Shown here piece by piece: positions 18,961-28,537 of a stretch of DNA of 64,000 nt (position 1 is the first letter of the stretch; each line of letters begins with the position of its first letter). The position numbers and the translations under genes are program-made. The notes beneath the pieces were generated by a model, which was not told the origin of the DNA, did not search any database, and worked only from the letters and a program-made list of their open reading frames with translations. The DNA is taken from assembly GCA_049589355.1 (NCBI GenBank), contig JBAWAP010000280.1, forward strand, positions 32 to 64,031, in the 5' to 3' direction. The stretch is from Anaerolineae bacterium. Its GTDB lineage: Bacteria > Chloroflexota > Anaerolineae > VGOG01.

Positions 18961-19595
18961 AGCCCAAGCGCGATGGCGGTGGAAAACTGGACGTCCTGAC
19001 GAACTTCGATCCCTATTTGACCTTCTTGATCTTCGCTGTCATTGGTCTGGGGACCTTGCGGCTAGGGATGGAAGCTCGCTTGCTCATACTTTGGCTGGTG
19101 TTGCTGGGGATCTGCTTGATCTATGCCGAGGGGCAGGCCATAGCCATGCAATACGGGCTGGTCAACCTGGGGCGTGGAGCAGTAGTTGGTCTGGTCATCT
19201 CTTTGCCGCTGCTGTTGTTGGCCAGGGATGCCCTGAAGACTACCTCGGCCAGGCTTTTCCCTTTGACCAGCCAAGCAGCTCTTTTCCAGAGTTTGGTTCT
19301 CCTGGCTGCGCCCATCGAGGAACTGTATTTTCGAGGGTTCCTGCAGCGGGAGCGAGGGCTGGTCAGTGCGGCATTGCTTTACGGCCTGGGCCAGGGTGTC
19401 CTTTTCTTGCCTGGCCTCAGTGGCTTTCCCGCGGTATTGGTTGCCGTGGTAGTGGGTACGGCGCTGTTGGGATTCGTCTACGGTTACGTGTGCCAGCGCT
19501 ATGGCTTGAGCGCCAGCATGAGCTGCCACGCTACGATCAACCTGGTCTTGCTGTTCTTGCCGCTGGCGGTGGGCCAGTGGCTGAGAGCAATTTGA
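18957..19595 (+). CDS. CPBP-family intramembrane metalloprotease (CAAX protease/Abi-like)
   Basis: ..EELYFRGFLQ.. motif, multiple TM segments. Confidence 0.75.
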   Translation: MKPKRDGGGKLDVLTNFDPYLTFLIFAVIGLGTLRLGMEARLLILWLVLLGICLIYAEGQAIAMQYGLVNLGRGAVVGLVISLPLLLLARDALKTTSARLFPLTSQAALFQSLVLLAAPIEELYFRGFLQRERGLVSAALLYGLGQGVLFLPGLSGFPAVLVAVVVGTALLGFVYGYVCQRYGLSASMSCHATINLVLLFLPLAVGQWLRAI

Positions 19596-19630
19596 CGAAA
19601 ACTGATTTCTGTGTTATCATCTATTTGAGT

Positions 19631-19707
19631 GGGGGCGTAGTGTAGTGGCCTAACATATCGGCCTGTCAAGCCGAAGATCGCGGGTCCGAATCCCGTCGCT
19701 CCCGCCA
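19631..19707 (+). tRNA. tRNA-Asp (anticodon GTC)
   Basis: Cloverleaf readable: acceptor GGGGGCG/CGCTCCC, anticodon loop CTGTCAA, T-arm GCGGGTCCGAATCCCGT, 3' GCCA; close to E. coli tRNA-Asp. Confidence 0.9.
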
Positions 19708-19711
19708 GAGG

Positions 19712-19745
19712 ACCGACCTGATCCAAGCAGGTCGGTCTTTGTTGT
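19712..19745 (+). terminator. Hairpin GACCGACCTG..CAGGTCGGTC plus T-run after tRNA-Asp
   Basis: Seen directly; homologous copies at ~21680-21712 and ~28350-28382. Confidence 0.6.
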
Positions 19746-19750
19746 TGGTA

Positions 19751-19779
19751 TTGCAAACCGTGCTCAGGAGTGGTATAAT
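19751..19779 (+). promoter_or_regulatory. Consensus sigma70 promoter TTGCAA-17-TATAAT (copy 1 of 3 of a conserved ~45-bp module)
   Basis: ttgcaaaccgtgctcaggagtggtataat; near-identical at 21719-21747 and 28392-28420. Confidence 0.7.
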
Positions 19780-19799
19780 AGTCGTCAGGGGGAGAGCTA

Positions 19800-20297
19800 A
19801 TGGAGTGGGAGGTGGTCAAACCGTGGGTCAACCGCGTGGGCATAGTGCTCGAATTCCTGTCGTTCTGGCTCGCGGCTCCGGAGATATTGGGAGAGGAGCG
19901 GCTGAGGAAGCTGGAGTGGTGGGCTGAGCAAGGCATAAGAGCGGTGGGGTGTGTGGCACCTTTGGTGATGGCTTTGGGAACGGTGATGTTGCTATCGATG
20001 AAGGACTTGTGGATACGGGGAGCGCAGACAGTGACTCACTTTGTGGAGGCGATAGTTCAGCGTGTAGGGGTGGCGCTGTCGGCAGGCACATTGAGGATAC
20101 TGGCAACAGTGTTGATGCTGGCCTCGTGGGTTCTTCTGCTGTGGATACTGGGGAAGTTGCTGGAGAAGTTCTATGATGCAGTGTCGTTCTTGCTACGGAT
20201 ACTGGCTGACGACGCCCGTGTCCGCCAGCGCTCTCTTGCGGTAGGTGCTGTGCTGTTCGTGGTTGGCTTCTTGTTGCAGTTCATCGCCACGTTCTAG
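19800..20297 (+). CDS. Hypothetical integral membrane protein (165 aa)
   Basis: ORF with 4-5 hydrophobic segments directly downstream of promoter copy 1. Confidence 0.5.
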   Translation: MEWEVVKPWVNRVGIVLEFLSFWLAAPEILGEERLRKLEWWAEQGIRAVGCVAPLVMALGTVMLLSMKDLWIRGAQTVTHFVEAIVQRVGVALSAGTLRILATVLMLASWVLLLWILGKLLEKFYDAVSFLLRILADDARVRQRSLAVGAVLFVVGFLLQFIATF

Positions 20298-20541
20298 GGA
20301 GTGGTGATAGAGGACTGACAATGAGCGAGTACATCAGGGAAGAGATACTGAGGCTAATCGAGGAGAACGGCGGGCCTGAGGGTTTTGCCTTCGTGGCGGG
20401 CAATCGAATTAGGCGGTCGTAGTTTACGGAAGCGAAGTTGTCGGAAGTTCGTTTCGGGGGGTAGCGTAGACGCTGCCATTACCCTGAAAAGCAAACACGC
20501 ACAATGTAAACAGCCTTACTCTAGCAGGGAATTCATCGTTT

Positions 20542-21021
20542 CTACCTTACGCCAATGTTTGATACGATGACAACGATAGCCATTGACGTAGCCAGCACGA
20601 AGACTGTGAAGCCTGCTTTTATGAGCCTGCTTCTGCGCCGAATGACTTTGTTTCTTTCCTGTTCTATTTCATCAACTAGGTCAAGAGAAAAGTGCTTCGT
20701 GACGGGCAGGTAGCCAACGGTGAAAATCACTGAGGCTATGAGGAAAGCAATTGCTGGAAGAGCGACAGTTGCGCCAGCAGCTATTCCGAGAGCATAATTC
20801 TCGGGGAGAATGAAAGCAAGAATACCCAAATAGACAGGTATTGCTCCAGTACTCGTCTTAATCATGAACTGACAGAACTCTCGACCTGTGCTTATCGAGT
20901 CTACAAGCATTGTCTTGCCTGCTTCATAGACTGCTTTGTTATGCGGCGATACTTCTCCGACCTCTACGACCTCGACTTCAGGGGGCTTGTCTAGATTGTC
21001 ATTATGCATTCTCTTGCTCAT
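20542..21021 (-). CDS. Hypothetical membrane protein (159 aa)
   Basis: ORF; AT-richer than surroundings; overlaps upstream Zn-ribbon ORF by 20 bp (operon). Confidence 0.45.
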   Translation of the reverse strand: MSKRMHNDNLDKPPEVEVVEVGEVSPHNKAVYEAGKTMLVDSISTGREFCQFMIKTSTGAIPVYLGILAFILPENYALGIAAGATVALPAIAFLIASVIFTVGYLPVTKHFSLDLVDEIEQERNKVIRRRSRLIKAGFTVFVLATSMAIVVIVSNIGVR

Positions 21022-21307
21022 CGGTTGACTCCGTAACTAGCCCGCTTACTTCTACAGACTCGATTTCTGCGGGGAATCTCTCAGCTATCCAGAAGCGACC
21101 TTGAAAGTCTTCGCCCGTGACAGGACAAGTAAATAGCCTTGTGAAGTATCTTTTGGTCCAACTAGGCTTTTGTGTGCGTTCAGAGTACAGCCCAGACGAA
21201 AGTGTGTTGTAAAGGAAAGCGGAGCGAGTTACCTCTAGCTGATACTCATGAGATTTACCGCATTCAGGACATTCGGTTATTGTCAAGGTGTGACTTCTCG
21301 ATGGCAT
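21002..21307 (-). CDS. Hypothetical zinc-ribbon protein (CPECG..CPVTG)
   Basis: ORF 101 aa with two CxxC/CPxTG pairs. Confidence 0.45.
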   Translation of the reverse strand: MPSRSHTLTITECPECGKSHEYQLEVTRSAFLYNTLSSGLYSERTQKPSWTKRYFTRLFTCPVTGEDFQGRFWIAERFPAEIESVEVSGLVTESTDEQENA

Positions 21308-21646
21308 TTTGGCACACTCCTCCTTGGCACATGGTAAGGGTTTGGAAGCAAGTGCCTACCTATTGAGTCTACGACACGAACTAAGACGCCCGTCTGCCTT
21401 GCGACAGGCCGGCTTCCGTGCTATACCACCCTTTGTCAGGCTGTCGCCACGGTCTGGCCGTGCCTCGATGGTTCCCATCAAACCAGTCGGGGCTTTTCGT
21501 TATTCACCTATTCCTATTGTACTACAGTCCGCGGGTCTGCGCAAGTCCCTCTAGACCCTGGCCTGTCTTTGACTTGTCTGGCGCCCTCCACGCGAAGGAG
21601 CCCTACAGAGGGAATAAGCGCTATCTTGCCTTCATGCGCTTGTCGC

Positions 21647-21686
21647 CGCGGGTTCAAATCCCGTCGCTCCCGCCAGAAGACCGACC
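21647..21686 (+). repeat. Partial duplicate of tRNA-Asp 3' end plus following sequence (direct repeat of 19683-19720, 35/38 identical); att-like site
   Basis: gcgggttcaaatcccgtcgctcccgccagaagaccgacct vs gcgggtccgaatcccgtcgctcccgccagaggaccgacct. Confidence 0.8.
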
Positions 21687-21718
21687 TACTTGAACCAGGC
21701 CGGTTTTTCTTTCTGGGC

Positions 21719-21747
21719 ATTGCAAACTGCGCTCAGGAGTGGTATAA
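21719..21747 (+). promoter_or_regulatory. Consensus sigma70 promoter TTGCAA-17-TATAAT (copy 2)
   Basis: ttgcaaactgcgctcaggagtggtataat. Confidence 0.7.
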
Positions 21748-21914
21748 TAGTCGTGAAATCTTGGTTTTGCAGTTCGGTGAGGGGATTGGGATGGGGGGTG
21801 GGAGAACGCGATTGTCTTTCTCTGGACAAGAGCCGAGTTTTGCAGTATACTAAGCCTCAAATCACTCCCTCCAGCGCACGTTAGCATGGGGGAAAACACG
21901 CGAAGGAGTCAACA

Positions 21915-22565
21915 ATGAAGAAAGCCACATTGCTCGTAGTTCTCATGACACTACTGACTGCTTGTCAGCAGCTTCGGCCGACGCCGGAAATCGTCAGGGT
22001 CACAGTGCTGGTAACCCAACCGCCTCCAAAGCCGATTGAGGTCACGGTGCTTGTGACCCAGCCGCCCCTGCCTACGTATACTCCTTATCCTACTTATACC
22101 CCTTATCCAACTTGCCCACCACCCGCATCCACGCTTCAAGCTACTGAGACGCCAATTCTATCCACGCCCACTTCCCCGCCCACGGGGACACCAGTAGCTA
22201 CTTCCGCTCTTACTTCCACCCTTACTTCCACTCTTACACCCGAATCTCTTGCTGTGCCCATCTGCCCCAATCCTCTAGCCAGGCTCACTTATCCTATGGC
22301 GAACTCCGTTCTGAAGGGGGTTGTGGAAATCAGGGGCTCAGCGCACATTGACAATTTCGACTACTACAAGTTCGAGTTTCGCAGCAAGGGGGCGCTCGAC
22401 TGGGCTTTCGTGCAGAGCTTCAAGGACACGGTGGCTGATGGGCTCCTGGGTGTGTGGGACACTTCGTCTCTTCCCGCCGGCGCTTACAAGTTCCGCCTGG
22501 TCGTGGTGGACAAAATAGGCAATTACCCGAAGCCCTGTGAAGTGGACGTGACCATCGAGCACTGA
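21915..22565 (+). CDS. Hypothetical lipoprotein with Pro/Thr-rich repeats
   Basis: Signal peptide with lipobox LLTAC; internal repeats VTVLVTQPP, PYPTYTPYP. Confidence 0.6.
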   Translation: MKKATLLVVLMTLLTACQQLRPTPEIVRVTVLVTQPPPKPIEVTVLVTQPPLPTYTPYPTYTPYPTCPPPASTLQATETPILSTPTSPPTGTPVATSALTSTLTSTLTPESLAVPICPNPLARLTYPMANSVLKGVVEIRGSAHIDNFDYYKFEFRSKGALDWAFVQSFKDTVADGLLGVWDTSSLPAGAYKFRLVVVDKIGNYPKPCEVDVTIEH

Positions 22566-22611
22566 CCAGCCTCAGTGCCGTCTATTTGATTCTCCAGAAA
22601 GGCTACTCAGG

Positions 22612-22843
22612 CTGTCATTGCGAGTCGGCCATGGCGCGCCCCGCCATTCTAAAGGACAGAAACTTCATCATGTCATTGCGAGGCGACGGTTTTCCGCCGA
22701 AGCAATCCCCAATTAGCTACGTGGAGATTGCTTCGCTCCTGCGGGGCTCGCAATGACAGGTAAGTTTCTGAGTAGCGAAGCGAAGCAATCCCCAAGCCGC
22801 AAGGAGGAGATTGCTTCGTCGCAAAAAACGCTCCTCGCAATGA
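22612..22843. repeat. Composite of three nested/tandem GTCATTGCGAG-type MITE copies
   Basis: GTCATTGCGAG at 22613 and 22670; CTCGCAATGACA at 22747-22758 and 22832-22843. Confidence 0.8.
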
Positions 22844-22881
22844 CACGGGCTGAGCAGTTACCCGGAAAGGAGTGAAAGTAT

Positions 22882-23937
22882 ATGACCCTGGTAGAACGAG
22901 CCGAGGTCGAAGACGCTGTCTTGAAGATGCTCCGCGTTAATATGGGTCTCAAGACCGGTGAGCGGCTGCTCGTCGTCACCGACGTGCCCACCCTGGAACA
23001 ATGGACAACCGGCCCTCAACCCTTCCTGACACTGATGACCCAACGTGCCATGTTGGCCAAAACAGTGGCCGAGGTTGCCCAGGAGCTAATGGCAGGGGTG
23101 GAAGTGGGATTCTTGCCTTTCCCCTCCACGGGGCGCAACGCGGTGGAGCCACCAGCGGAGGTGGCCGAGCGCATGAAGGCTGCCGACGTGGTGATCATCA
23201 TCACCTCGTTCTCCCTCTCGCACACGGATGCTCGGGAAGAGGCGTGTCGCGCCGGGGCGCGCATTGCTTCTATGCCACGCTTTATCCCAGAGATGTTTTA
23301 TCCCGATGGGCCTATGGATGCCGACTACGGCGAGGTCAAACGACTCACCGGGCGCATCGCTGCGGCTCTGACGCCAGCGCGCCAGGTGCATGTCACCTGC
23401 CCGGCCGGGACGGACATCACGTTCAGCATCGAGGGCCGGCCAGGGCAGGTTGACGCCGGGATATACACCCAGCCGGGGATGTGGGGCAATCTGCCCGCGG
23501 GCGAGGCATACTGCGTGCCGCTGGAAGGCACTGGTCAGGGCGTGATCCAGGTCACCCCGGGCTGGCACGCCGATCTCACCGAGCCCATGGCCTTGGTCTT
23601 TGCCAGGGGTGGACTGGTCGAGCTACGGGGTGGCGGGACGGTGGGCGATCAGTTGCGCGACATTCTGCGGCCCGGGAATGATGCCGAGCCTTACAAATCG
23701 CGCCGTAACCTCGGCGAGTTTGGCATCGGCACCAACCCCAATGCCCGGCGGGTGGCCATCACCCTGGAGGCCGAAAAGATCAAGGGCACGGTCCACCTGG
23801 CCACGGGTGACAATGCCCACATGGGCGGCCTAGTCAATGCCGACTATCACCAGGATTTCGTCATCCCCAGGGCGAGTTTCACCCTGGATGGCCAGTTGGC
23901 CATGCAGGATGGGGAGATCGTGCTACGCGATACATGA
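22882..23937 (+). CDS. M29 (aminopeptidase T/S)-like protein, paralog 1
   Basis: ..CPAGTDITFSIEG.., ..LATGDNAHMGG.. resemble M29 family motifs. Confidence 0.5.
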   Translation: MTLVERAEVEDAVLKMLRVNMGLKTGERLLVVTDVPTLEQWTTGPQPFLTLMTQRAMLAKTVAEVAQELMAGVEVGFLPFPSTGRNAVEPPAEVAERMKAADVVIIITSFSLSHTDAREEACRAGARIASMPRFIPEMFYPDGPMDADYGEVKRLTGRIAAALTPARQVHVTCPAGTDITFSIEGRPGQVDAGIYTQPGMWGNLPAGEAYCVPLEGTGQGVIQVTPGWHADLTEPMALVFARGGLVELRGGGTVGDQLRDILRPGNDAEPYKSRRNLGEFGIGTNPNARRVAITLEAEKIKGTVHLATGDNAHMGGLVNADYHQDFVIPRASFTLDGQLAMQDGEIVLRDT

Positions 23938-23988
23938 TGCGTGGTGCATCATGGTACGCAGTGTATGACATTAGAGGGAGGTTATATC

Positions 23989-25053
23989 ATGGAACTGGCA
24001 TTGGGAACCGAACCGACCCGTACCTACCTGGCCTTTGAACTGGCCCGGGGAGCACGCACGTTGATCGAAGACGTTATGCTAACCAAACCCGGCGAGCAGG
24101 TGGTGATTACTGCCGACACGTCCACTGACTGGCGAGTGGTAGAGGCCACGGCTCAAGCGGCCTACGCTGCCAAGGCCACGCCGACCGTGGTGTGGTACGA
24201 GAGCCGGCCTGGACCGGTCATCGAGCCGCCGGGGCCCGTAGCGGGAGCGGTTCGCCAGGCCGACGTGTGGATCGAATACGCTGTGGCCTACTTGCTCCAT
24301 ACCGAGGCCTACAAGCGGGCGCTGGAGCAGGGTTGTCGCTACATCTGTCTGACCGGTATGGATGTAGGAATGATAGTGCGCACTGTTGCCCAGGTGGATT
24401 ATCCGAAGATGATCGAGTTGAGCCATGTGCTGGGAGGCCTGATCGCTCAGGCGGATCACGTCCGGGTCACCAGCCCAGCGGGAACTGACCTGGTGGCCAA
24501 AATGGGCGGACGCAAGATCCGCTACTCCGGCAAGCTGGCCGATACGCCCGGCGAGCCCATCATGCTCGGTGGGCAGATATCGTGGTGTCCACTGGAGGAG
24601 ACCATTGAGGGCACGCTCGTCTTCGATGGGGCGGTCTGGCCGCCCAAGGAACTGGGCCTGCTGCGTTCACCCATCCGGTTGACCCTGGAGAGTGGGCGGG
24701 TGACCAGGGTCGAAGGCAGCAGTGAGGCCAAGGTGCTGGAGCGCTGGCTCGCTTCGATTGGCAATCCCAACATCTGCCGGCTGGCGCACTATTCGCTGGG
24801 CTTTAATCCGGGCGTGACCCGGTGCACCGGTCGCATCGTGGAGGACGAGCGCGTTTTCGGCTGCATCGAGTTCGGCATTGGCAGCCAGGGTGCGCAGATC
24901 GGTGGGTTGACCTGGGACGCGGGCGGGCACACGGATGGCATCGTCCTCAACCCGACGATCTACCTCGATGGCCAGGCTATGGAGGAGGAAGGCCGTTACG
25001 TGCATCCGGGTGTGGTGGCAGCCTGCCGGGAGTTAGGAGTGTCGGGGTATTGA
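23989..25053 (+). CDS. M29 (aminopeptidase T/S)-like protein, paralog 2
   Basis: Parallel motifs (..SPAGTDLVAKMGG.., ..IEFGIGSQG..); ATG 23989 with RBS preferred. Confidence 0.5.
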   Translation: MELALGTEPTRTYLAFELARGARTLIEDVMLTKPGEQVVITADTSTDWRVVEATAQAAYAAKATPTVVWYESRPGPVIEPPGPVAGAVRQADVWIEYAVAYLLHTEAYKRALEQGCRYICLTGMDVGMIVRTVAQVDYPKMIELSHVLGGLIAQADHVRVTSPAGTDLVAKMGGRKIRYSGKLADTPGEPIMLGGQISWCPLEETIEGTLVFDGAVWPPKELGLLRSPIRLTLESGRVTRVEGSSEAKVLERWLASIGNPNICRLAHYSLGFNPGVTRCTGRIVEDERVFGCIEFGIGSQGAQIGGLTWDAGGHTDGIVLNPTIYLDGQAMEEEGRYVHPGVVAACRELGVSGY

Positions 25054-25229
25054 TAAGAGACCGTCGAATGGAATTCGACGTCTGAAGGTGAGAAGGCCCC
25101 TCAGGGCCTGCCCGCCGGCAAGCAGGGCCTGATTTCAGCGCCTGAGGGCGCTTTTCAACTTCAGACGGGGATTTCTAATCCTCGGCTCTGGACGAGATGG
25201 ATGACCGATACATGTTTCCAGCCTGAGGT

Positions 25230-26174
25230 GTGGAGATGGCCTTGAAACAAACCATTGAGGCGTATGAATTGCTGGACAGCGCCACAGTCAGCGGTGAGAC
25301 TGTGGCCGCTGTGCTTCGAGAGCGCGGATTGCGGGTGGAAGTGATCCCCGTCCAGGGTGAGGAGGGAAGCACTGACTTTGTCCGCGCCCTGGTGCCCGGC
25401 ACTTTGGGCAAGCAAGCCAATGGCCAGTCTCCCACGCTGGGCATCATCGGCCAACTGGGAGGCATTGGCGCCAGGCCGGCGGCTATCGGCCTGGTGTCCG
25501 ACGCCGACGGAGCTATCGCGACCATCGCCTGCGCCCTCAAGCTGGCGGACATGGCCAACGCCGGCGACCGGCTGTCCGGAGACGTCATCGTTGCCACTCA
25601 CGTCTGCCCTGATGCCCCCACCATTCCCCACGCCCCCGTGCCCTTCATGGGGTCGCCGGTGGATATAGCCACCATGAACCGGTACGAGGTCCATCCTGAG
25701 ATGGACGCCATCCTGTCGGTGGATACCACCCGAGGCAACTGGGTGATCAACCGGCGGGGCTTCGCCATCTCGCCCACGGTGAAAGAGGGCTACATCCTTA
25801 AAGCCAGTCCTGACCTGCTGCGCATCATGTCCGTGGTGACCGGCCAGGCGCCGGCGGTGTTACCCATCACCACCCAGGACATCACTCCCTACGGCAATGG
25901 CATCCACCACCTCAACAGCATCATGCAGCCGGCCACGGCCACGGATGTCCCGGTGGTGGGCGTGGCCTTGACGGCCGAGACGGCGGTGCCCGGCTGCGCT
26001 TCGGGGGCCAGCCAGGTCATGGACATCGAGATGGCAGTGCGCTTCTGCCTGGAGGTGGCCAAGGCTCTCGGCCGGGGTGAGTGCGCCTTCTACGATGCTG
26101 AGGAATTCGGCCAACTGGTGGCTCTATATGGCTCGATGAAACACCTGCAGACTTTGGGGAAAGGGGAGGAATGA
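25230..26174 (+). CDS. DUF1177-family protein
   Basis: Family resemblance; typical neighbour of AroM. Confidence 0.5.
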   Translation: MEMALKQTIEAYELLDSATVSGETVAAVLRERGLRVEVIPVQGEEGSTDFVRALVPGTLGKQANGQSPTLGIIGQLGGIGARPAAIGLVSDADGAIATIACALKLADMANAGDRLSGDVIVATHVCPDAPTIPHAPVPFMGSPVDIATMNRYEVHPEMDAILSVDTTRGNWVINRRGFAISPTVKEGYILKASPDLLRIMSVVTGQAPAVLPITTQDITPYGNGIHHLNSIMQPATATDVPVVGVALTAETAVPGCASGASQVMDIEMAVRFCLEVAKALGRGECAFYDAEEFGQLVALYGSMKHLQTLGKGEE

Positions 26175-26878
26175 TGCCTGGCTCCCCAATCCTTCGACCA
26201 AGCTCAGGACAAGAGCGTGTGTTGGGCCTGGTGACCATTGGTCAATCGCCCCGGGATGACGTCGTGTCCCAGATGTTACCGCTTTTGCCGGCCGTCCTGG
26301 ATATCCGGCAGGTGGGTGCGCTGGATGGTCTGACCCCCGAGCAGATTGCTGAGCTGGCCCCTGGCCCGCAGGACTACGTCCTCCACACCCGACTGCAGGA
26401 TGGCTCGGCGGCCACCGTAGGCCGCGAACGGATCACGGCGCTTCTGCAGGATTGCCTGAAGCAACTGCAGGGCGAAGGAGCCAACCCCATCGTGCTGTTG
26501 TGCACCGGGGAGTTCCCCGGGTTGCGGAGCGATGCGTTGCTGATCGAGCCGGATCGGCTGCTGGTCAACGTGGTCCGTGGGCTGAGACCACGTCGAGCGG
26601 GCGTGCTGGTGCCGTTGCCCTCGCAGATCGAATCTGCGGCCGCGAAATGGAGGGTGCTGGAAGCCGAGGTGGTGTTCGTGGCCGCATCGCCCTATGGGGA
26701 ACAGATCGAGCTCACCCGGGCGGCGGAGGAGTTGGAGGGGCACCCTCTGGATCTGGTGGTTATGGATTGCATGGGCTACACGTTGGCTCACAGACGGGTG
26801 GTCACGCAGGCGACCGGCAGGCCGGTTATCCTGGCTTCCAGGGTGGTGGCACGTATAGTCGGGGAGTTGGTGGAGTAG
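26171..26878 (+). CDS. AroM-family protein
   Basis: ..VTIGQSPRDDV.. conserved AroM motif; overlaps upstream gene by 4 bp. Confidence 0.6.
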   Translation: MMPGSPILRPSSGQERVLGLVTIGQSPRDDVVSQMLPLLPAVLDIRQVGALDGLTPEQIAELAPGPQDYVLHTRLQDGSAATVGRERITALLQDCLKQLQGEGANPIVLLCTGEFPGLRSDALLIEPDRLLVNVVRGLRPRRAGVLVPLPSQIESAAAKWRVLEAEVVFVAASPYGEQIELTRAAEELEGHPLDLVVMDCMGYTLAHRRVVTQATGRPVILASRVVARIVGELVE

Positions 26879-26958
26879 AAAGGCGCGCATAGCAGGTTTG
26901 CCAAACCCGTCAGGTCTCCAAAATGGAAGAAGGGCCAACGCAGGAGGCGTAGACGCAA

Positions 26959-27879
26959 ATGAAGGGAGCATTCTCGATGACCAAGCCTACCATCGGTTTC
27001 ATCGGTCTAGGGGTCATGGGCAAGCCCATGGCCAGGAACTTGCTCAAAGCGGGCTATCCGCTGGTGGTCCACAATCGCAGCCGTGATCCAGTGGAGGAGC
27101 TGGCCGCCGAGGGAGCCAAGCCGGCGTTTTCCCCTGCAGAGGTGGCGTCCAGGACCGAGTTGATCATCACCATGCTCCCTGATTCGCCCGACGTGGAGCT
27201 GGTCGCCCTGGGCGAGGGTGGCCTCATAGAGGGGGTAAGCGAGGGCGATGTCTATGTGGATATGAGCACCATTGTGCCAACTGTGGCGGTGAAGGTGGCT
27301 GAGGCGATGGCCGAAAAAGGGGTGCGCTGCCTTGATGCGCCGGTCAGCGGCGGTGATGTGGGCGCCCGGGAGGGTACCCTGTCTATCATGGTCGGCGGTG
27401 ACGAGGAGGTCTTCAACGAGGTGCTGCCCATTTTCGAGGTGATGGGTAAGACCATCGTGCGTTGTGGCCCGAATGGTGCCGGGCAGACGGTTAAAGCCTG
27501 TAACCAGATCCAGGTCGCTTTGACCCTGATCGGCATGGCCGAGGCGCTGGTTCTGGGGGCCAAGGCTGGAGTGGACCCAGCAATCGTGGTCAAGGTCCTC
27601 AGTGGTGGTTTTGCTCAGTCACGAGTCATGGATGTGCGCGGGCCGAGGGTTATCAGGCGCATCTTCGAGCCGGGGTTCAGAAGTAAGCTGCATTACAAAG
27701 ATCTCAACATCGTCCGTGAGACGGCGCGGGCCTATGGCATCTCGTTGCCAGCATCGGCCCTGGCTCATGAGCTATTCGGCGCCATGCAGGCCCAGGGGTG
27801 GGGAGACCTCGATCACTCTGCGGTGATGCGGGTCATTGAGCTGCTCTCTGATGTCGAGGTTCGCACGGCGGAAGGATAA
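26959..27879 (+). CDS. NAD(P)-dependent 3-hydroxyisobutyrate / tartronate-semialdehyde reductase family dehydrogenase
   Basis: ..IGFIGLGVMGKPMARNL.. Rossmann, 6PGDH-like C-terminal domain. Confidence 0.85.
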   Translation: MKGAFSMTKPTIGFIGLGVMGKPMARNLLKAGYPLVVHNRSRDPVEELAAEGAKPAFSPAEVASRTELIITMLPDSPDVELVALGEGGLIEGVSEGDVYVDMSTIVPTVAVKVAEAMAEKGVRCLDAPVSGGDVGAREGTLSIMVGGDEEVFNEVLPIFEVMGKTIVRCGPNGAGQTVKACNQIQVALTLIGMAEALVLGAKAGVDPAIVVKVLSGGFAQSRVMDVRGPRVIRRIFEPGFRSKLHYKDLNIVRETARAYGISLPASALAHELFGAMQAQGWGDLDHSAVMRVIELLSDVEVRTAEG

Positions 27880-27923
27880 TGGTATAATATACACATGATG
27901 CGTGAACGGCAAGGAGGTGACTG

Positions 27924-28160
27924 ATGACACACGACCGCATTGAGGTAAATCCAGCAATCATGTTCGGCAAGCCGGTGATCAAAGGCACGCGCATCACCGT
28001 GGAGCATATCTTGCGCAAACTGGCCGGAGGGATGATGATTGACGAGATTCTGGCCGACCATCCGCACCTTACACCAGATGACATATATGCTGCCGCTGCC
28101 TTCGCGGCCGATTATCTGGCTCAGGAAGAGATCGTCTTCGCCGGTGGAGAGCGACTGTGA
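27924..28160 (+). CDS. DUF433-family protein (antitoxin-like partner of DUF5615)
   Basis: ..MFGKPVIKGTRITVEHIL.. typical DUF433. Confidence 0.7.
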   Translation: MTHDRIEVNPAIMFGKPVIKGTRITVEHILRKLAGGMMIDEILADHPHLTPDDIYAAAAFAADYLAQEEIVFAGGERL

Positions 28161-28300
28161 GATTCTTGGCCGACGAATGTTGCGATGCTGCTCTAGTGTA
28201 TGCCCTTCGCAGTGATGGTCACGACGTCTATGCTATCGAATCGCTGCGTGGCGCAACCGATGACGAACTCCTGGCTCGATCCTTATTTAGATTGAAATCA
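28157..28300 (+). pseudogene. DUF5615 (PIN-like) gene truncated after ~47 codons
   Basis: VRFLADECCDAALVYALRSDGHDVYAIESL.. matches the DUF5615 N-terminus, then a premature stop where the downstream terminator/promoter module begins. Confidence 0.6.
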
Positions 28301-28339
28301 TAAAAAAGCTAGAAATCATGAGAAATGCATGATCTTTCC

Positions 28340-28420
28340 ACCTATCAGAAGACCGACTTGGTTGAACCAGGTCGGTCTTTTGGTGTGGGTATTGCAAATC
28401 GCGCTCAGGCGTGGTATAAT
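28340..28420 (+). promoter_or_regulatory. Third copy of terminator-like hairpin + consensus promoter TTGCAA-17-TATAAT module, upstream of the DUF499 gene
   Basis: cagaagaccgacttggttgaaccaggtcggtctttt..ttgcaaatcgcgctcaggcgtggtataat. Confidence 0.7.
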
Positions 28421-28537
28421 ATGCATATAAGACAACCTGCCCGGTAGAGAGATGGGAAGCCAGCGGTAGGGATAGTCATAGGAAGTTGCCAAGGTAGAAC
28501 CCTGGGTGGGCTTTTGGGCTGAGAAGGGAGGGGTTCC

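Noticed and set aside
20320-20421. 33-codon ORF MSEYIREEILRLIEENGGPEGFAFVAGNRIRRS after the membrane-protein gene
   Set aside because: Too short and without RBS/family evidence to call; may be a real micro-ORF but unsupported
21309-21690. Possible tmRNA or complete second tRNA ending at the GGGTTCAAATCCCGTCGCTCCCGCCA segment
   Set aside because: No matching 5' acceptor strand (GGGAGCG), no D/anticodon arms and no tag reading frame upstream; the true tmRNA is at 49103-49468. Interpreted as a partial att-like duplicate of the tRNA-Asp 3' end
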